This document shows, in pieces, positions 49,128 to 59,840 of a stretch of DNA of 64,000 nucleotides. The first letter of the stretch is position 1. Each line of letters begins with the position of its first letter. Position numbers and translations under genes: made by a program. This stretch comes from Treponemataceae bacterium (GTDB lineage: Bacteria > Spirochaetota > Spirochaetia > Treponematales > Rectinemataceae). Under the pieces are notes generated by a model. It was not told where the DNA came from and made no database searches. It was given only the letters and a program-made list of their open reading frames with translations. The DNA is taken from positions 2,335,562 through 2,399,561 of the forward strand of contig CAXXVZ010000003.1 in NCBI GenBank assembly GCA_963678065.2, written 5' to 3'.

Positions 49128-50129
49128 TTAAAAGGAAAAGCTGTCGATGTCGATGCCTGCGGCTTTAAAAAGGTATGAGAGCTTGCCGGAAGAAATCTCT
49201 GCATGGAAATCGTCGCCGAAGGTGGCCGGAGTCTGGTAGAGCATGAACCGATTTTCAGGATGGCTTTCCAATAAGGTGGGATAGTTGACAGCCGCGAAGA
49301 GGGCGGCCTTCCGGCGCACCGCAACAGTATCTGAGACATTGATCACCACGTTGTGTCCGGCGCCGTCCGAATAGCTGCCAGGAAGCGGGTTGCACATCTT
49401 GATGATCGAGGCGACGAGGGCCGTTTGGGCGATGCTGCCCTTTATACCGGAGTCCGTCACAGTGACGAAGGTATCCGCGGGAGTGTTGATGTGGACCGGG
49501 TCCGCGGCGAGAGCGTCATAAACATCGTCAAGGGCCACGAAGCGATCGACCATGACGCCGAAAGTGCTTGCGTCGGTCTTTACGTAGGTAGGAATCGTCG
49601 AGAGGACGGAGTAGGCGTCGGCGACCCCGAGCGAGGAGAAATCCTTGCCGAGGAGCGCGTTGGATGCCGCATTGAGGATGGCGAGAATATTCGTCGGAGT
49701 CGTGCCGGAAGGAGCCGCGATCGGTTGGTATAAGTACATGCTGGCGAGGAACAGATACCCGGCCTCGCGTTCGGCGGGAGTCTGGACAGACTTCGACTTC
49801 CCGAGCCCTTTGGACGATGCGCTGAAGGCCACCCAGAGGGGATCGTCGGCGGGGAAATTGTAATAGCTGCGGACGGTTTCAACTACAGCGGCCTTGGTCG
49901 CCTCGGACGCTGCGGCGAAGGCCTCAAAGAAACTGTCGGAAGGTTTGCTGGTCAGAACTCCCGAGGCCGCTATGATGTCTGGCGCGGCCATTGTGGCGAG
50001 GGAAGAGGATGTCACCTGACCGATATTCGCCTGTTTGAACAAGTTGGTCTCGAAGAATTGATCGCAGGAAGCGAAAAAAGTCAGAAGGACAAGAACAGAC
50101 ACGATGACAAAAATAGGTTTGTACCTCAT
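49128..50129 (-). CDS. hypothetical lipoprotein
   Basis: FASC lipobox-like motif; GGAGGT RBS. Confidence 0.75.
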   Translation of the reverse strand: MRYKPIFVIVSVLVLLTFFASCDQFFETNLFKQANIGQVTSSSLATMAAPDIIAASGVLTSKPSDSFFEAFAAASEATKAAVVETVRSYYNFPADDPLWVAFSASSKGLGKSKSVQTPAEREAGYLFLASMYLYQPIAAPSGTTPTNILAILNAASNALLGKDFSSLGVADAYSVLSTIPTYVKTDASTFGVMVDRFVALDDVYDALAADPVHINTPADTFVTVTDSGIKGSIAQTALVASIIKMCNPLPGSYSDGAGHNVVINVSDTVAVRRKAALFAAVNYPTLLESHPENRFMLYQTPATFGDDFHAEISSGKLSYLFKAAGIDIDSFSF

Positions 50130-50190
50130 CTTTACCTCCCATGAACGAAGCGATGATTACATAGTTCTACCTAATAAAGATAGCGTACTT

Positions 50191-51681
50191 TCAGAGTTTA
50201 TCAAGACCCCCGAACCCAATGGCCGACGCTTCGGAAGCTTTCTTTTCACTTTCCACGGCGCGGATCGGCAGGACGGCGAAGGCGTCTGCGCGCAGGAGTC
50301 CCGGTCCTCCGCCGCTGTGTTCGTCCACAGCGGCCCCGAGTATCCTGACGGAGAGGGAACTGCCGGGAGGAAGTCCGTCAGGAAGGTCTTTGATCGCTAG
50401 TTTGAGGTAGTTGGCCGATGTTCCGACGCGCAGGCCAGACGGGATTCCGGGCCCGGCTCTGCCGTCGATACCTTCAAGTACTGCTTCGACGGTGCGGCCG
50501 GTCCATCTCCCGACATAGGCGGCGTGGCGGGCTTCAGCGAGCTCCGTCAGCGCACGGACTCTTTCGCCCGCGACGCGTTCGGGTATGGCGGGCTTCATGT
50601 CGAAGGCGGGAGTGCCGGGTCGGGCAGAGAAGGGAAACGCGTGGATCCAGGCGAGGTCGCAGTCGCGGCAAACTTCGAGCGTCCTGAGGAATTCTTCGTC
50701 GGTTTCGCCGGGAAAGCCGGCGATGATATCTGCGGCGATGAAAGGATCATCCTTGACGGAGCGCATCTTTCCGACCGCGTCGAGGATCTTCGCGGAATCG
50801 TAGACGCGGCGCATGCGCCTGAGGACTGTGTCGGACCCGGACTGCAGGGCAAGGTGGACATGCGGCCGTACGCGCTCGTGGGCAAAGGCGGCGAGAAAGG
50901 CTTCGTCGACGCGATCGGGCTCGAAGGAGGAGATCCGGAAGGCGATGCTCTCCGTGTTCTCGAGTATCCAGGACAGGAATGAGCCGAAGCGGAACTCACG
51001 ATCTCCGTCGCGACCGCGATACTGTGAAAGGTTGACACCGGTGAGCACGACCTCGGAGCGGCCGGCGGCCTCGAGGATACGGACGCGCCTGAGCGCCTCG
51101 CCGGGCTCTATGGAGACGGAAGCTCCGCGCGCGAGGCAGACCCGGCAGTAGCTGCAGCGGTTGTCGCAGCCGTCCTGGATCTTGAGCGAAGGGCGCGAGT
51201 GGTAGGTGAAAGTCTCGGGCCGGTAGACGAAGCGGTCGGCAGTCCGGGCGGCAGTCACGTCGCTGTGGCCGGAAATCTGGACCTGGCGCCATTCCAGGAC
51301 TGACTCGAGGAGCTCGCCGTGTCCCTGCCAGGAGTCGGCGAGCCAGGTCGCGAGCGAGAGTATTGTCTGTTTTTCGTCGCCGGGGACGACGACACTGCGG
51401 GGGTCAAGGGCGGCAAGTGAAGCTCCGTCCATCTGCGCGTAGCAGCCGGTCACGAGAACGACGCAGCCTTCATCGGAGGCGAGAGCCTGGCGGATGAGCC
51501 TGCGCGCTTTTTGCTCCGCCTTGCTCGTGACGGTGCACGTGTTGACGACATGGAGCTCGGCCTTCTGCCCGGAGGGAACTATCGTGGCGCCGGCAGCCCT
51601 GAAAGAATCGGCGAGCGATTCTGTTTCAAGCTGGTTGAGCTTGCATCCGAGGGTGTGGAAGGCGACTTTGAGAAGGGTCAC
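50191..51681 (-). CDS. mtaB: tRNA t6A37 methylthiotransferase
   Basis: TLGCKLNQLE, NTCTVT, KIQDGCDNRCSYC, IAGFPGET. Confidence 0.92.
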   Translation of the reverse strand: MTLLKVAFHTLGCKLNQLETESLADSFRAAGATIVPSGQKAELHVVNTCTVTSKAEQKARRLIRQALASDEGCVVLVTGCYAQMDGASLAALDPRSVVVPGDEKQTILSLATWLADSWQGHGELLESVLEWRQVQISGHSDVTAARTADRFVYRPETFTYHSRPSLKIQDGCDNRCSYCRVCLARGASVSIEPGEALRRVRILEAAGRSEVVLTGVNLSQYRGRDGDREFRFGSFLSWILENTESIAFRISSFEPDRVDEAFLAAFAHERVRPHVHLALQSGSDTVLRRMRRVYDSAKILDAVGKMRSVKDDPFIAADIIAGFPGETDEEFLRTLEVCRDCDLAWIHAFPFSARPGTPAFDMKPAIPERVAGERVRALTELAEARHAAYVGRWTGRTVEAVLEGIDGRAGPGIPSGLRVGTSANYLKLAIKDLPDGLPPGSSLSVRILGAAVDEHSGGGPGLLRADAFAVLPIRAVESEKKASEASAIGFGGLDKL

Positions 51682-52373
51682 ATTTTCTCCGATACACGGC
51701 GTCTGCCGAGAAGGGCGTCGGGAAGGCGCGGGTCGAGGCTGAGAGCCTTGTCGTAGGCCGCGAGCGCCTGGTTTTTTCTTCCTGCCTGCTCGCGCGCCCA
51801 GCCGAGTCGAGCCCACCAGAGGGTGTTCTCGGGGATGTACTGGACGGCGGCGGTGAGAGCCATGTCGGCGTGCATGAAGCGTCCGAGGCGTATATACACT
51901 TCGCCCGCATAATAGTACGCGCGGCCTGCGCGTCTCGACTCGGGAAACGCGCCGATGAATTCCTGAAGGCCGCGCAGGGCGGCCTCGTTGTTGCCGAGGT
52001 AATACGAGGCTTCGCCCGAGGCTTCCGCGAGGCGTGGGTCCTTGCGGACCGCGTAACCCTTGCGGGCGTAGTTGTCGGCGTCGGCGTAGCGCTCCAGTTC
52101 GATGAGACTCCACGCGAGCCCGACGTAGGCGTCGACATCGTCGGGCTTGACGACGATGCGCGCGAGGCCGGCGACGCGGGCTTCCTCGTAGCGGGTTTCC
52201 AGGAAAAGCTTCAGGACCTCGGCGCCGGTCTGGACCGCCCCGAGCGGCATCGCGGAAATAAAGAGCCCGAACAGGATAAAGGGGAAAATAAACGTCAGTC
52301 TGACTGCATGGCCGGAGCCGGACGCCGGAAACCGGATGCGGGAGGCGAGACGCGAGAATCGAAGTGCGCTCAT
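51678..52373 (-). CDS. TPR-repeat protein
   Basis: Repeated TPR-like helices, e.g. ALAAYDKALSLDP. Confidence 0.8.
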   Translation of the reverse strand: MSALRFSRLASRIRFPASGSGHAVRLTFIFPFILFGLFISAMPLGAVQTGAEVLKLFLETRYEEARVAGLARIVVKPDDVDAYVGLAWSLIELERYADADNYARKGYAVRKDPRLAEASGEASYYLGNNEAALRGLQEFIGAFPESRRAGRAYYYAGEVYIRLGRFMHADMALTAAVQYIPENTLWWARLGWAREQAGRKNQALAAYDKALSLDPRLPDALLGRRRVSEKM

Positions 52374-52732
52374 TCCTGGTTCGGTCCGGTCCTGCGACAT
52401 TCGCCTTTGTGGAAGGCACCCTCTTCGACGGTGATTTCGGGGGCCTCGAGGTCGCCCTCGACGCTGCCCTCGGAGAGGAGCTCGATGGTGTGGGTCGCGG
52501 TGATCGGACCGATGACGGAGCCTTTCACGACGACGACGTCGGCGCGGACCTCGCCCCGGATCCAGGCGGCCTCTTCGATGTAGAGATCGCTCGTGGACTG
52601 GATGCTGCCTTCGATCCTGCCCTTCACCATAAAGGATTTTACCGCCCTCACGGTGCCGCGGAATTCCATGTCTTCGGCGAAAACGGTGTCGATCTGGTCT
52701 TCATCGACGACATTGCTGCGGACTTCGATCAT
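52370..52732 (-). CDS. bactofilin (polymer-forming cytoskeletal protein)
   Basis: FRGTV..VKGRIEG..VEGDLEAPEITVEEGAFHKGEC. Confidence 0.88.
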   Translation of the reverse strand: MIEVRSNVVDEDQIDTVFAEDMEFRGTVRAVKSFMVKGRIEGSIQSTSDLYIEEAAWIRGEVRADVVVVKGSVIGPITATHTIELLSEGSVEGDLEAPEITVEEGAFHKGECRRTGPNQE

Positions 52733-52787
52733 GTAAAGGATGATACGTAAAAGAATCGGAGATGTTCAAGGGCGCTGATCCGCGGCT

Positions 52788-53657
52788 TCACGCCTTCAGT
52801 CCTTCGTAGATGATCGCGAGTTCCTCGGGAACGAGGGCCTCGGCGCGGACATCTGCGGGTTTACCGATTTTTTCGAGGAGCGAGGTCAGGAGGCTGTCGG
52901 CATCGGCGGGGCTGACGCCGCCCATTCCGCCCAGGGATCTGAGGTTGTTGCGCATAGTCTTTCGGCGCGAGGCGAAGCCGGCGCGGACAAAGGCCGAGAA
53001 GCCTTTGCGATCCTGGGCCATGACGGGATCGGGCCGGGGTGTGAAAGTAACCACCGTGCTCGTCACATTGGGAGCGGGCCAGAAAGATGAGGCGCCGAGA
53101 TCGAAGGCCAGCCTGATCTTGCAGACCGATGTGCAGAGGATGGAGAAGGCCGAGTAATCCTTGGTCCCGGGCCTCGCGCACATGCGCTGGGCCGCTTCCT
53201 TCTGTACCGTGAATACCATCCGCCCGGGAATCTGTCCTTCTTCGAGGATGACGGCGATGATGGCGTTGGCGACGCTGTAGGGAAGATTGCCGAAAATTCT
53301 GTCTGGCGCACCGCGCTCCGCGAGGACGGTTTTCCAGGTCGCGAGAAAATCACCTTCCACAAGGCGGAAGTTGCTGCGGTCCGCGAAGATGCGGGCGAGG
53401 ATGCGGGCGAAACCGTGGTCGATCTCGAATGCGGTCAGATCGAGGCCGGCATCGAGAGCCAGTGCCGTCATGGAGCCGATGCCCGGACCGATTTCCCAGA
53501 CTGCGTCGCCGGGGCCAGCCTTGACTTCCTCGATGATGCGCTCACGCTGGCGGCGGTTGACCAGGAAGTTCTGGCCGAATTTTTTGGACATCGCCAGTCC
53601 CTCTGTTTCGAGGAAATGCCTCAGCGAAGCCGGGGCATCGTATTCGGGAATCGACAT
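52788..53657 (-). CDS. rsmA: 16S rRNA m6,2A dimethyltransferase
   Basis: KKFGQNFL, EIGPGIG, GNLPY, FWPAPNVTS. Confidence 0.95.
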   Translation of the reverse strand: MSIPEYDAPASLRHFLETEGLAMSKKFGQNFLVNRRQRERIIEEVKAGPGDAVWEIGPGIGSMTALALDAGLDLTAFEIDHGFARILARIFADRSNFRLVEGDFLATWKTVLAERGAPDRIFGNLPYSVANAIIAVILEEGQIPGRMVFTVQKEAAQRMCARPGTKDYSAFSILCTSVCKIRLAFDLGASSFWPAPNVTSTVVTFTPRPDPVMAQDRKGFSAFVRAGFASRRKTMRNNLRSLGGMGGVSPADADSLLTSLLEKIGKPADVRAEALVPEELAIIYEGLKA

Positions 53658-55158
53658 AGGGGCGAGCATACACGAATATGCCTGAGAGGACAACGACGAG
53701 ACAGGCCGCGACCACATCGAGGCTTCCCAGGAGAACGAGTTTCGGGCATCGGGCGGCTGTCTCCATCACCGACATGAGGAGGCAGTAGGGGATGTCGGTG
53801 ACAAAGCCCAATGCGGGGATGGCAGGCGGGAGGATGGCCGCCACAAGGGCGGCGGCGAGGGCGAGCCAGGTCAAGACGAGCACGCAAGGGCCGGCGACGA
53901 TGGAAGCGATGAGCCCCGCGGGGACGAGGAGGCCGAAACTCGCGGCGAGAACAGGGGTCGTGGCCACCTGGGCCGCGCACCCGGAGGCCAGGGCCTCGGA
54001 GAGGGAGGGCGGCAGCCATTTTCCGAAGAGGTAGTCGAAGGGAATTGTCAAAAGCACAAGACCGAGGATGGCGAGGTAGGAGAGCACGAACGACAGGGAA
54101 CGGGCGGCCGCGGGATCGAGGGGCAGGGCGACGATGAAGCAGAGTGAAAGTACGGAGACGCCGTCCTGGGGTCGGTCGGCGGCGCACGCCGCCGCGGAGA
54201 TCAGCACCATGAGGAGAGAGCGCAGGAGGGAAGGACCCGGTCCGGTGATCCACACGAAGAGGATCGCGAACACGATCGACACGATGCCTGCCCTTCGCCT
54301 TCCGAAGGGCCTCGAGAGACAGCTGAGCACGAGGGCAGAGAGGATGGACAGGTGTTGGCCCGAGAGGGCGAGGATGTGGCTGCAGCCTGCGTTGCGGAAG
54401 GCGTCCGACTCCCTCGTGTCGAGATCGTCCTTGATGCCGAGAAGGAGTGCCTGGAGAAAACCTGCGGATTGTCCTCCGGTCGCCGCGAGCGCCTCCCTGC
54501 AGGTCTTCCGGAGGGCGGATCGCAGGCGGTCGGAGCCAGGGGCCGGGCGGACTACGGAGACATCATCCGCCTGAGCGAACAGGACCGCGCCGCCGCCTGA
54601 ACCCGCGCGGGGGCTTCCGGAAACGCGCAGGACCGGCCCTGTCTCGACGCCGCTGTCGCGGTCCGCGACAATCCGCACGGGAATACGCGCGGCATCGAAT
54701 GCGATCCGGCCTCTCGCGGTCCTTCCGGAGTATTCGACCGCAGACACGAGAAGGGGAAAACTCGAACCTTTGCTCCTCGTCGGGACCGAATCCGCGCCAG
54801 GCAAACCCTCCAGAGCCCGGACGCAAAGAGCGCCTTCGCGGAGAAGAGCGGCGGGAGACTCGCCGAAGGCGGCCTCGTCGAGACTGAACCCGGCGCCTGA
54901 CACGAGGCCGACGGAAAAACAGAGGATGGACAGCGCCTTCAGGTGAACCCTCCGACTCCGGGATTCGCGCATGATGATGCCGACGGAGGCAAGCGAGGCG
55001 GCGAGGAGGAAAAAGAAAAAGGCCATGCCTCTTCCCGGGTAAAAGGCGAGCGCGGCCCCGGCAGCGAAACAGACGGCCGGCCTGTAGCGGAGTTCGTGAG
55101 CGAGGAGAAAAACGACTATCCGTCGCGAAAGTCCGACGGGCCTTCTTCGCGTCGACAT
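53542..55158 (-). CDS. comEC: ComEC/Rec2 competence membrane protein
   Basis: FRNAGCSHILALSGQHL, SLLRS, SFVLSYLA. Confidence 0.85.
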   Translation of the reverse strand: MSTRRRPVGLSRRIVVFLLAHELRYRPAVCFAAGAALAFYPGRGMAFFFFLLAASLASVGIIMRESRSRRVHLKALSILCFSVGLVSGAGFSLDEAAFGESPAALLREGALCVRALEGLPGADSVPTRSKGSSFPLLVSAVEYSGRTARGRIAFDAARIPVRIVADRDSGVETGPVLRVSGSPRAGSGGGAVLFAQADDVSVVRPAPGSDRLRSALRKTCREALAATGGQSAGFLQALLLGIKDDLDTRESDAFRNAGCSHILALSGQHLSILSALVLSCLSRPFGRRRAGIVSIVFAILFVWITGPGPSLLRSLLMVLISAAACAADRPQDGVSVLSLCFIVALPLDPAAARSLSFVLSYLAILGLVLLTIPFDYLFGKWLPPSLSEALASGCAAQVATTPVLAASFGLLVPAGLIASIVAGPCVLVLTWLALAAALVAAILPPAIPALGFVTDIPYCLLMSVMETAARCPKLVLLGSLDVVAACLVVVLSGIFVYARPYVDSRIRCPGFAEAFPRNRGTGDVQKIRPELPGQPPPA

Positions 55159-55262
55159 GTCTCTTAATCGCCGGAAAAGCGGCCCGCCGATTCAAAACTA
55201 TGACCATATTTTCACTGGACTTTTTTCCCGTTTCGGGCAAGGATGCGGATACGGTCGACACG

Positions 55263-55964
55263 ATGGAATCCCCGAAAAATCCTGCGGGCGGGCTGCATCC
55301 GCTCCTTGAAGCGGCCCTGGCTTTCTGCCTCCTCTATCTTCCCCGCACGCTGATTCCGCGGCCGGCGACGGGCATCGGTCTTGGAACGCCCGGCCACCAT
55401 CTCGCGCTCGCGGCCGAACTCTCTGTCGGAACCGCGCTTGTTCTCCTCGTCATGGCGAGAAGACACCGCATCGGCAGTTTTTTCCCCGAATCGACGCCTG
55501 TCCTGCCCGGCCTGCACGAGCTTGCGGGTGGCCTGACGGTCTTCCTGGCGCTGGTTGTCGCGGGGGTGCTCCCCATCCTCGCCTCGAGTCTGGCCGGCTG
55601 GAAGAATCCCGTGCTGGCATCGCTGGAAGGCCAGGGCGCGTTCCCCGTACTCCTTTTTCCCTTCATCCTTCTGTCCAGTCTCGCGGTGGGGTATTCCGAA
55701 GAACTGTTCTTCAGAGTCTACGCTTTCGGAATGCTCAAGGAGTCGGGGCTTTCGGAAACGGGCGCCGGAGTCTGCACGACTCTCGTGTTCGCGGGAGCCC
55801 ACGCCGCGCAGGGAGTGGGAGGAATACTGTCCGCCATCGTCTTAGGCGCCGTATTCCAGATTCACTGGATCCGGAAAAAGGAATTCCACTCCATCGCCCT
55901 CGGTCACGCATTCTACGACTGCGCCATCCTCATCCTCGTCCTGTGCTGCGGCGCGGGGATCTGA
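55263..55964 (+). CDS. CPBP (CAAX-type) intramembrane protease
   Basis: EELFFR, FAGAH and HAFYD motifs. Confidence 0.85.
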   Translation: MESPKNPAGGLHPLLEAALAFCLLYLPRTLIPRPATGIGLGTPGHHLALAAELSVGTALVLLVMARRHRIGSFFPESTPVLPGLHELAGGLTVFLALVVAGVLPILASSLAGWKNPVLASLEGQGAFPVLLFPFILLSSLAVGYSEELFFRVYAFGMLKESGLSETGAGVCTTLVFAGAHAAQGVGGILSAIVLGAVFQIHWIRKKEFHSIALGHAFYDCAILILVLCCGAGI

Positions 55965-56059
55965 CCGCCGTCCCCGGATCGACCGCCCTTCCGAGCCCGG
56001 ACGGGCTCAAGTCCCGCGGGGTTGTGGCGGAAATCCTGCCGTGTCGCTATTATGGACGG

Positions 56060-56425
56060 ATGCAAGCATCAGACAAATTCAGAACTGACCTCGACACGGC
56101 GCTTGCGCGCGCCGCGAAGCCGGACGGCAGCGTGGCCAGCGTCGACCTTGAGTTCTTTTTCAAGCGCAATTTCACTATGATTCCGGCGGAGACACGCGAC
56201 GATATCTTCGCTTCCTTCCTCGATCGAACCTCGCGCGACCGCGAAAAAGCGGCAGAGTGGCTCGGGACCCTCGCGAGCATCTTTTTCATGGATTACGACG
56301 AGACGCCCCTTCCGATCGAGGACTGGACCGAGCTCAGGGAAGCCGTAAACCTCGGTGCGGGAGATTTCGACCTCGAGCTGCTGAGCTATGTCATGGGCCT
56401 CGTCCTCGATAACCACGCGCTGTGA
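56060..56425 (+). CDS. hypothetical protein
   Basis: Coupled to the next ORF by GTGA overlap. Confidence 0.65.
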   Translation: MQASDKFRTDLDTALARAAKPDGSVASVDLEFFFKRNFTMIPAETRDDIFASFLDRTSRDREKAAEWLGTLASIFFMDYDETPLPIEDWTELREAVNLGAGDFDLELLSYVMGLVLDNHAL

Positions 56426-57198
56426 GCGGCCCCATGGGAAAGGACGGAGAGAGCCGGAAGGTGGAGTGGTTCGAGGATGAAACCTTCTGGGAAGCCTACG
56501 GCCCCCTCCTGTTCGACGAGAAGCGCTGGGCCGAGGTACCCGCCGTCGTCGACAGGATTGAAAAAATCGCGTGCCTCGCGCCGGGCGCCGCTATTCTCGA
56601 CGCCTGCTGCGGCGTGGGAAGACATTCGCTCGAGTTCGCTTCGCGCGGATACAAGGTCACCGGGGTCGACATAACCGCCGCCTACCTGGAAGCGGCCCGC
56701 GAGAGCGCCGAAGCCTGGGGCGTCGAAGTCGAACTCGTGCGCGGGGACATCAGGACCTTCGTCCGCCCCGAAGCCTTCGACCTCTGCGTCAATCTCTACA
56801 CGAGTTTCGGCTACTTCTCGGAACCCCGCGAGGATCTGGCGGCCCTCGTCAATTTCCGGCGGAGTCTGAAGCCGGGCGGCCGCCTCATTCTCGAGACGGT
56901 GGGAAAGGAAATCGCCGTCAGGGATTATATCGAAGGAGAATGGTTCGAGCGCCTCGGCTGGACCGTGCTCACCGAGTTCAGCCCCGTGGGCGCGTGGGAC
57001 GGACTTCTGAGCCGCTGGGTACTCATAAGAGGAAACGAGCGCATCGACCGGTCCTTCGTACAACGCCTGTATTCAGGCACGGAGCTCCGCCGACTCCTCG
57101 GGGAAGCGGGCTTTCGCGACGTGGAAATCTACGGCAGCCTGGAAGGCACGCCCTACGATTACAAGGCGATGAACCTTGTCGCCCTGGCCCGGGCCTGA
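56422..57198 (+). CDS. class I SAM-dependent methyltransferase
   Basis: ILDACCGVGRH, FDLCVNLYTSFGYF, LKPGG. Confidence 0.9.
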   Translation: MSGPMGKDGESRKVEWFEDETFWEAYGPLLFDEKRWAEVPAVVDRIEKIACLAPGAAILDACCGVGRHSLEFASRGYKVTGVDITAAYLEAARESAEAWGVEVELVRGDIRTFVRPEAFDLCVNLYTSFGYFSEPREDLAALVNFRRSLKPGGRLILETVGKEIAVRDYIEGEWFERLGWTVLTEFSPVGAWDGLLSRWVLIRGNERIDRSFVQRLYSGTELRRLLGEAGFRDVEIYGSLEGTPYDYKAMNLVALARA

Positions 57199-57212
57199 GG
57201 CTGAAGAAACCG

Positions 57213-59732
57213 ATGGAGACTGAAGTGCGCAGAAAACTTCCGAACAAGGCGCGACCGATCCTCGCGGCTTTCATCTTTTTTCTGACGGCAGCCACGGCAT
57301 CCGGGCCGCGGGCGCTGGACAGGGCGACGCTGCCCGAAGACATCCTCACGGGGCCGGCCGCCGCTGCCGAGCCGGTCCCCTCCACCGAACCCACCGCCCC
57401 CCCTGCGGAACAGATCATGGCGACGACAACGACGACTCTGCCCGCTCCGGAGGATGCCTACTACGAGGCGCGAAGACTCGCCTCAGAGGACCGCAATCCG
57501 GCCGTCTTTTCCGACAGCCTCCTGCGTCGGACAGAGGCGGACAAGCCCGCTCCCGTGCGGCTCCCCACTCTGTCCCGGAGAATCATCGAGCTTGCCGGCA
57601 TCGCCTTCGAAGGCACCGAGGGCCTTTTGAAAAAGGAGGCCGGGCGCCTCCTCGTCGGCAGGCTTTCGCTTGAGCCGGAGCCCGCCGAATGTCTGGCGGC
57701 GGCGGAGAAATTCCGTTCGGCGTTCGGCCCGGATTGGGAGGTAGCCCGGAGCGTCCTCGACCTGATGGTACGGCGCGGGGATGAGAGCCAGATACTGGGC
57801 GCGGTGGCCGAATTGCGGAAAACAGACCCGAAAAGGGCTGAATCCGAAGCGGATTTTCTCGCATGGACGGAGATTTATGCGAAATTCAGATCCGGGCAGC
57901 CGGATTGGACAGCCCCCGCGCGCAGCTACATCCTCCAGCGGACGACGACAGCGTGGGGCCTCCGGATACTCGACCTCGCCGCGACGGCCGATCCCGATTT
58001 CCAGGCCATCACGGCGCGGGAGGCCGCGGTGGCCGCGATGCGGGCGGCCGTGTATCGGAAAAACAACGCGGATGCCTTCACGGCGATACAGGCTTTCCTT
58101 CCCGAACTTCTCGTTCCCGAGACGAATCCGGCGCTCCTGTCAGATATAGGAAAAGCCTGCCTCTCTTCAGCCTCCCCGGCCGAACTGATTCCGGCCTTCG
58201 CGCAACTCGAGGACTCCGCTTCACGGGCCGCTTCGGCGGAAAAAAAGGCAGGGCGCTATTCCGCGGGCATCGCGCGCACAGGATGGCTCGCCGGCTTCTA
58301 CCGCGCCCGGCTTCTCGCCGCCGCCTCGGGCTCTCCGGATGGGAAAAACGAGGCCACAGCAGCGTTCAGGCGGCTCGCCGAAACGGCCGGCAATTCCGGC
58401 GATGTCGACTCGGCCCTCTGGTACTGGCTCGACGCAGCCATAAAGGCTGCCCGGGCATCGATTTCCGCCCCGGAAGCCGCGACAGGTACTCCCGCCGTTC
58501 CGAATACTGTCGACCCTGTTTCCTCTGTCGGTACGGCCCCGGACGGAGACAGAGTTCAGGATCCCCCTCTCCCGCAAAAAACCGAGAAGGATGTGCGCAA
58601 AGAAATCCTGGCGGCCATCCTCGAGGCCTCGTCGCTGTGGAAGAGCCCATCCTGGTACGAGGACATCGTCGATCCTTTCTTCAGGGAGGTCGTCGTCGCG
58701 AGGGATTGGGAGCTTCTTGTCGATATGACCCGGTCGCTGGTGGGCAAAATCACGTCCGCCATGACGAATCGGCTCCGGTATGTGGTGGGCCGCGCCCTCG
58801 AAACCGGCCTCGCACTGCCCCGGATGGATGCGCCGGACATGGAGCCGCGGGATGCCGCGGCGAGGCAGAGCGAAGCCATGTACCGCGCCATCCTCGCCGA
58901 TCCCGACGCGGCGCTCTACTACCGCGCGCTCGCGGCCTGGCGCCTCGGCCTCGACCTCGACCTGATCCCCGCCGACGGGGATACCGGGGGACAGACTGTA
59001 TCGCGCACCGAGCTCGAAGCATTCATCGCGGGATTCTGCGAGCGGGGGCTCTGCGACCTCGCGGGAATGGAGGCGGTCGCGCGGGCGAAAAATCTCGCGA
59101 ACGCCCAGATCGAAAGGATCGCGTCGACTCTGTCCGCAAAAGGGAATGTCATCGACTCCGTCAGGCTCGCCCGCGTTCTCGTCGACAGGAAGGACAGGAC
59201 GCCGAACCGCCCGGATTACAGACTCCTCTACCCGCGCCCCTGGTACGAGACCGTGCAGTCTCTTCTCGTCGATTCGGGCGTCCCGGAACCCGTATTCTAC
59301 GGCCTGATCCGCTCCGAGAGCCTGTTCAGCCCCACGGCGGTTTCCCGTTCGGGCGCGGTGGGACTGACGCAGCTCATGCCGCCGACCGCCGATGAGACGG
59401 CGCGCAGGCTCAAGATGCCCTCGTACCGGATCACGGATCCGGCGGACAACCTCTACATCGGCTTCAAGTATTACCGATCTATGGTCATCATGAACAATGA
59501 CAAGCTCATGCGGGGAATGTTTGCCTACAACGCCGGGCCCACGCGCATGAAGCGATGGGCCGCGGCCTACCCCGAGCTTCCCGACGACATCGTCCTCGAG
59601 ATCCTGGAGTACGCCGAAACCCGCCAGTACGGAAGGAACATCACCCAGGCCGCCCTCATGTACGGAGCGCTGTACGCGGGGTGGACGAGCAGGCAGACTC
59701 TCGATCTGATCGTGGATGGGAAAAAGGGCTGA
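57213..59732 (+). CDS. soluble lytic transglycosylase (SLT domain)
   Basis: LIRSESLF, GAVGLTQLMPPTA, AYNAGP, ETRQY. Confidence 0.88.
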   Translation: METEVRRKLPNKARPILAAFIFFLTAATASGPRALDRATLPEDILTGPAAAAEPVPSTEPTAPPAEQIMATTTTTLPAPEDAYYEARRLASEDRNPAVFSDSLLRRTEADKPAPVRLPTLSRRIIELAGIAFEGTEGLLKKEAGRLLVGRLSLEPEPAECLAAAEKFRSAFGPDWEVARSVLDLMVRRGDESQILGAVAELRKTDPKRAESEADFLAWTEIYAKFRSGQPDWTAPARSYILQRTTTAWGLRILDLAATADPDFQAITAREAAVAAMRAAVYRKNNADAFTAIQAFLPELLVPETNPALLSDIGKACLSSASPAELIPAFAQLEDSASRAASAEKKAGRYSAGIARTGWLAGFYRARLLAAASGSPDGKNEATAAFRRLAETAGNSGDVDSALWYWLDAAIKAARASISAPEAATGTPAVPNTVDPVSSVGTAPDGDRVQDPPLPQKTEKDVRKEILAAILEASSLWKSPSWYEDIVDPFFREVVVARDWELLVDMTRSLVGKITSAMTNRLRYVVGRALETGLALPRMDAPDMEPRDAAARQSEAMYRAILADPDAALYYRALAAWRLGLDLDLIPADGDTGGQTVSRTELEAFIAGFCERGLCDLAGMEAVARAKNLANAQIERIASTLSAKGNVIDSVRLARVLVDRKDRTPNRPDYRLLYPRPWYETVQSLLVDSGVPEPVFYGLIRSESLFSPTAVSRSGAVGLTQLMPPTADETARRLKMPSYRITDPADNLYIGFKYYRSMVIMNNDKLMRGMFAYNAGPTRMKRWAAAYPELPDDIVLEILEYAETRQYGRNITQAALMYGALYAGWTSRQTLDLIVDGKKG

Positions 59733-59840
59733 AGGAGACGCGGCGGCGGGCGTGGAAACCTGTACAGAACGGGCTTACGGCTGCCCCGGCCGCCCTCAGA
59801 GGCTCCCGGTTGCCGCGGAGGAGGCCGGGCTATGGTCCGC

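Noticed and set aside
51682..52419. Long N-terminal extension of mtaB, and similar extensions of galE and the SLT gene
   Set aside because: GC-rich open-frame artefacts overlapping neighbouring genes or a tRNA.
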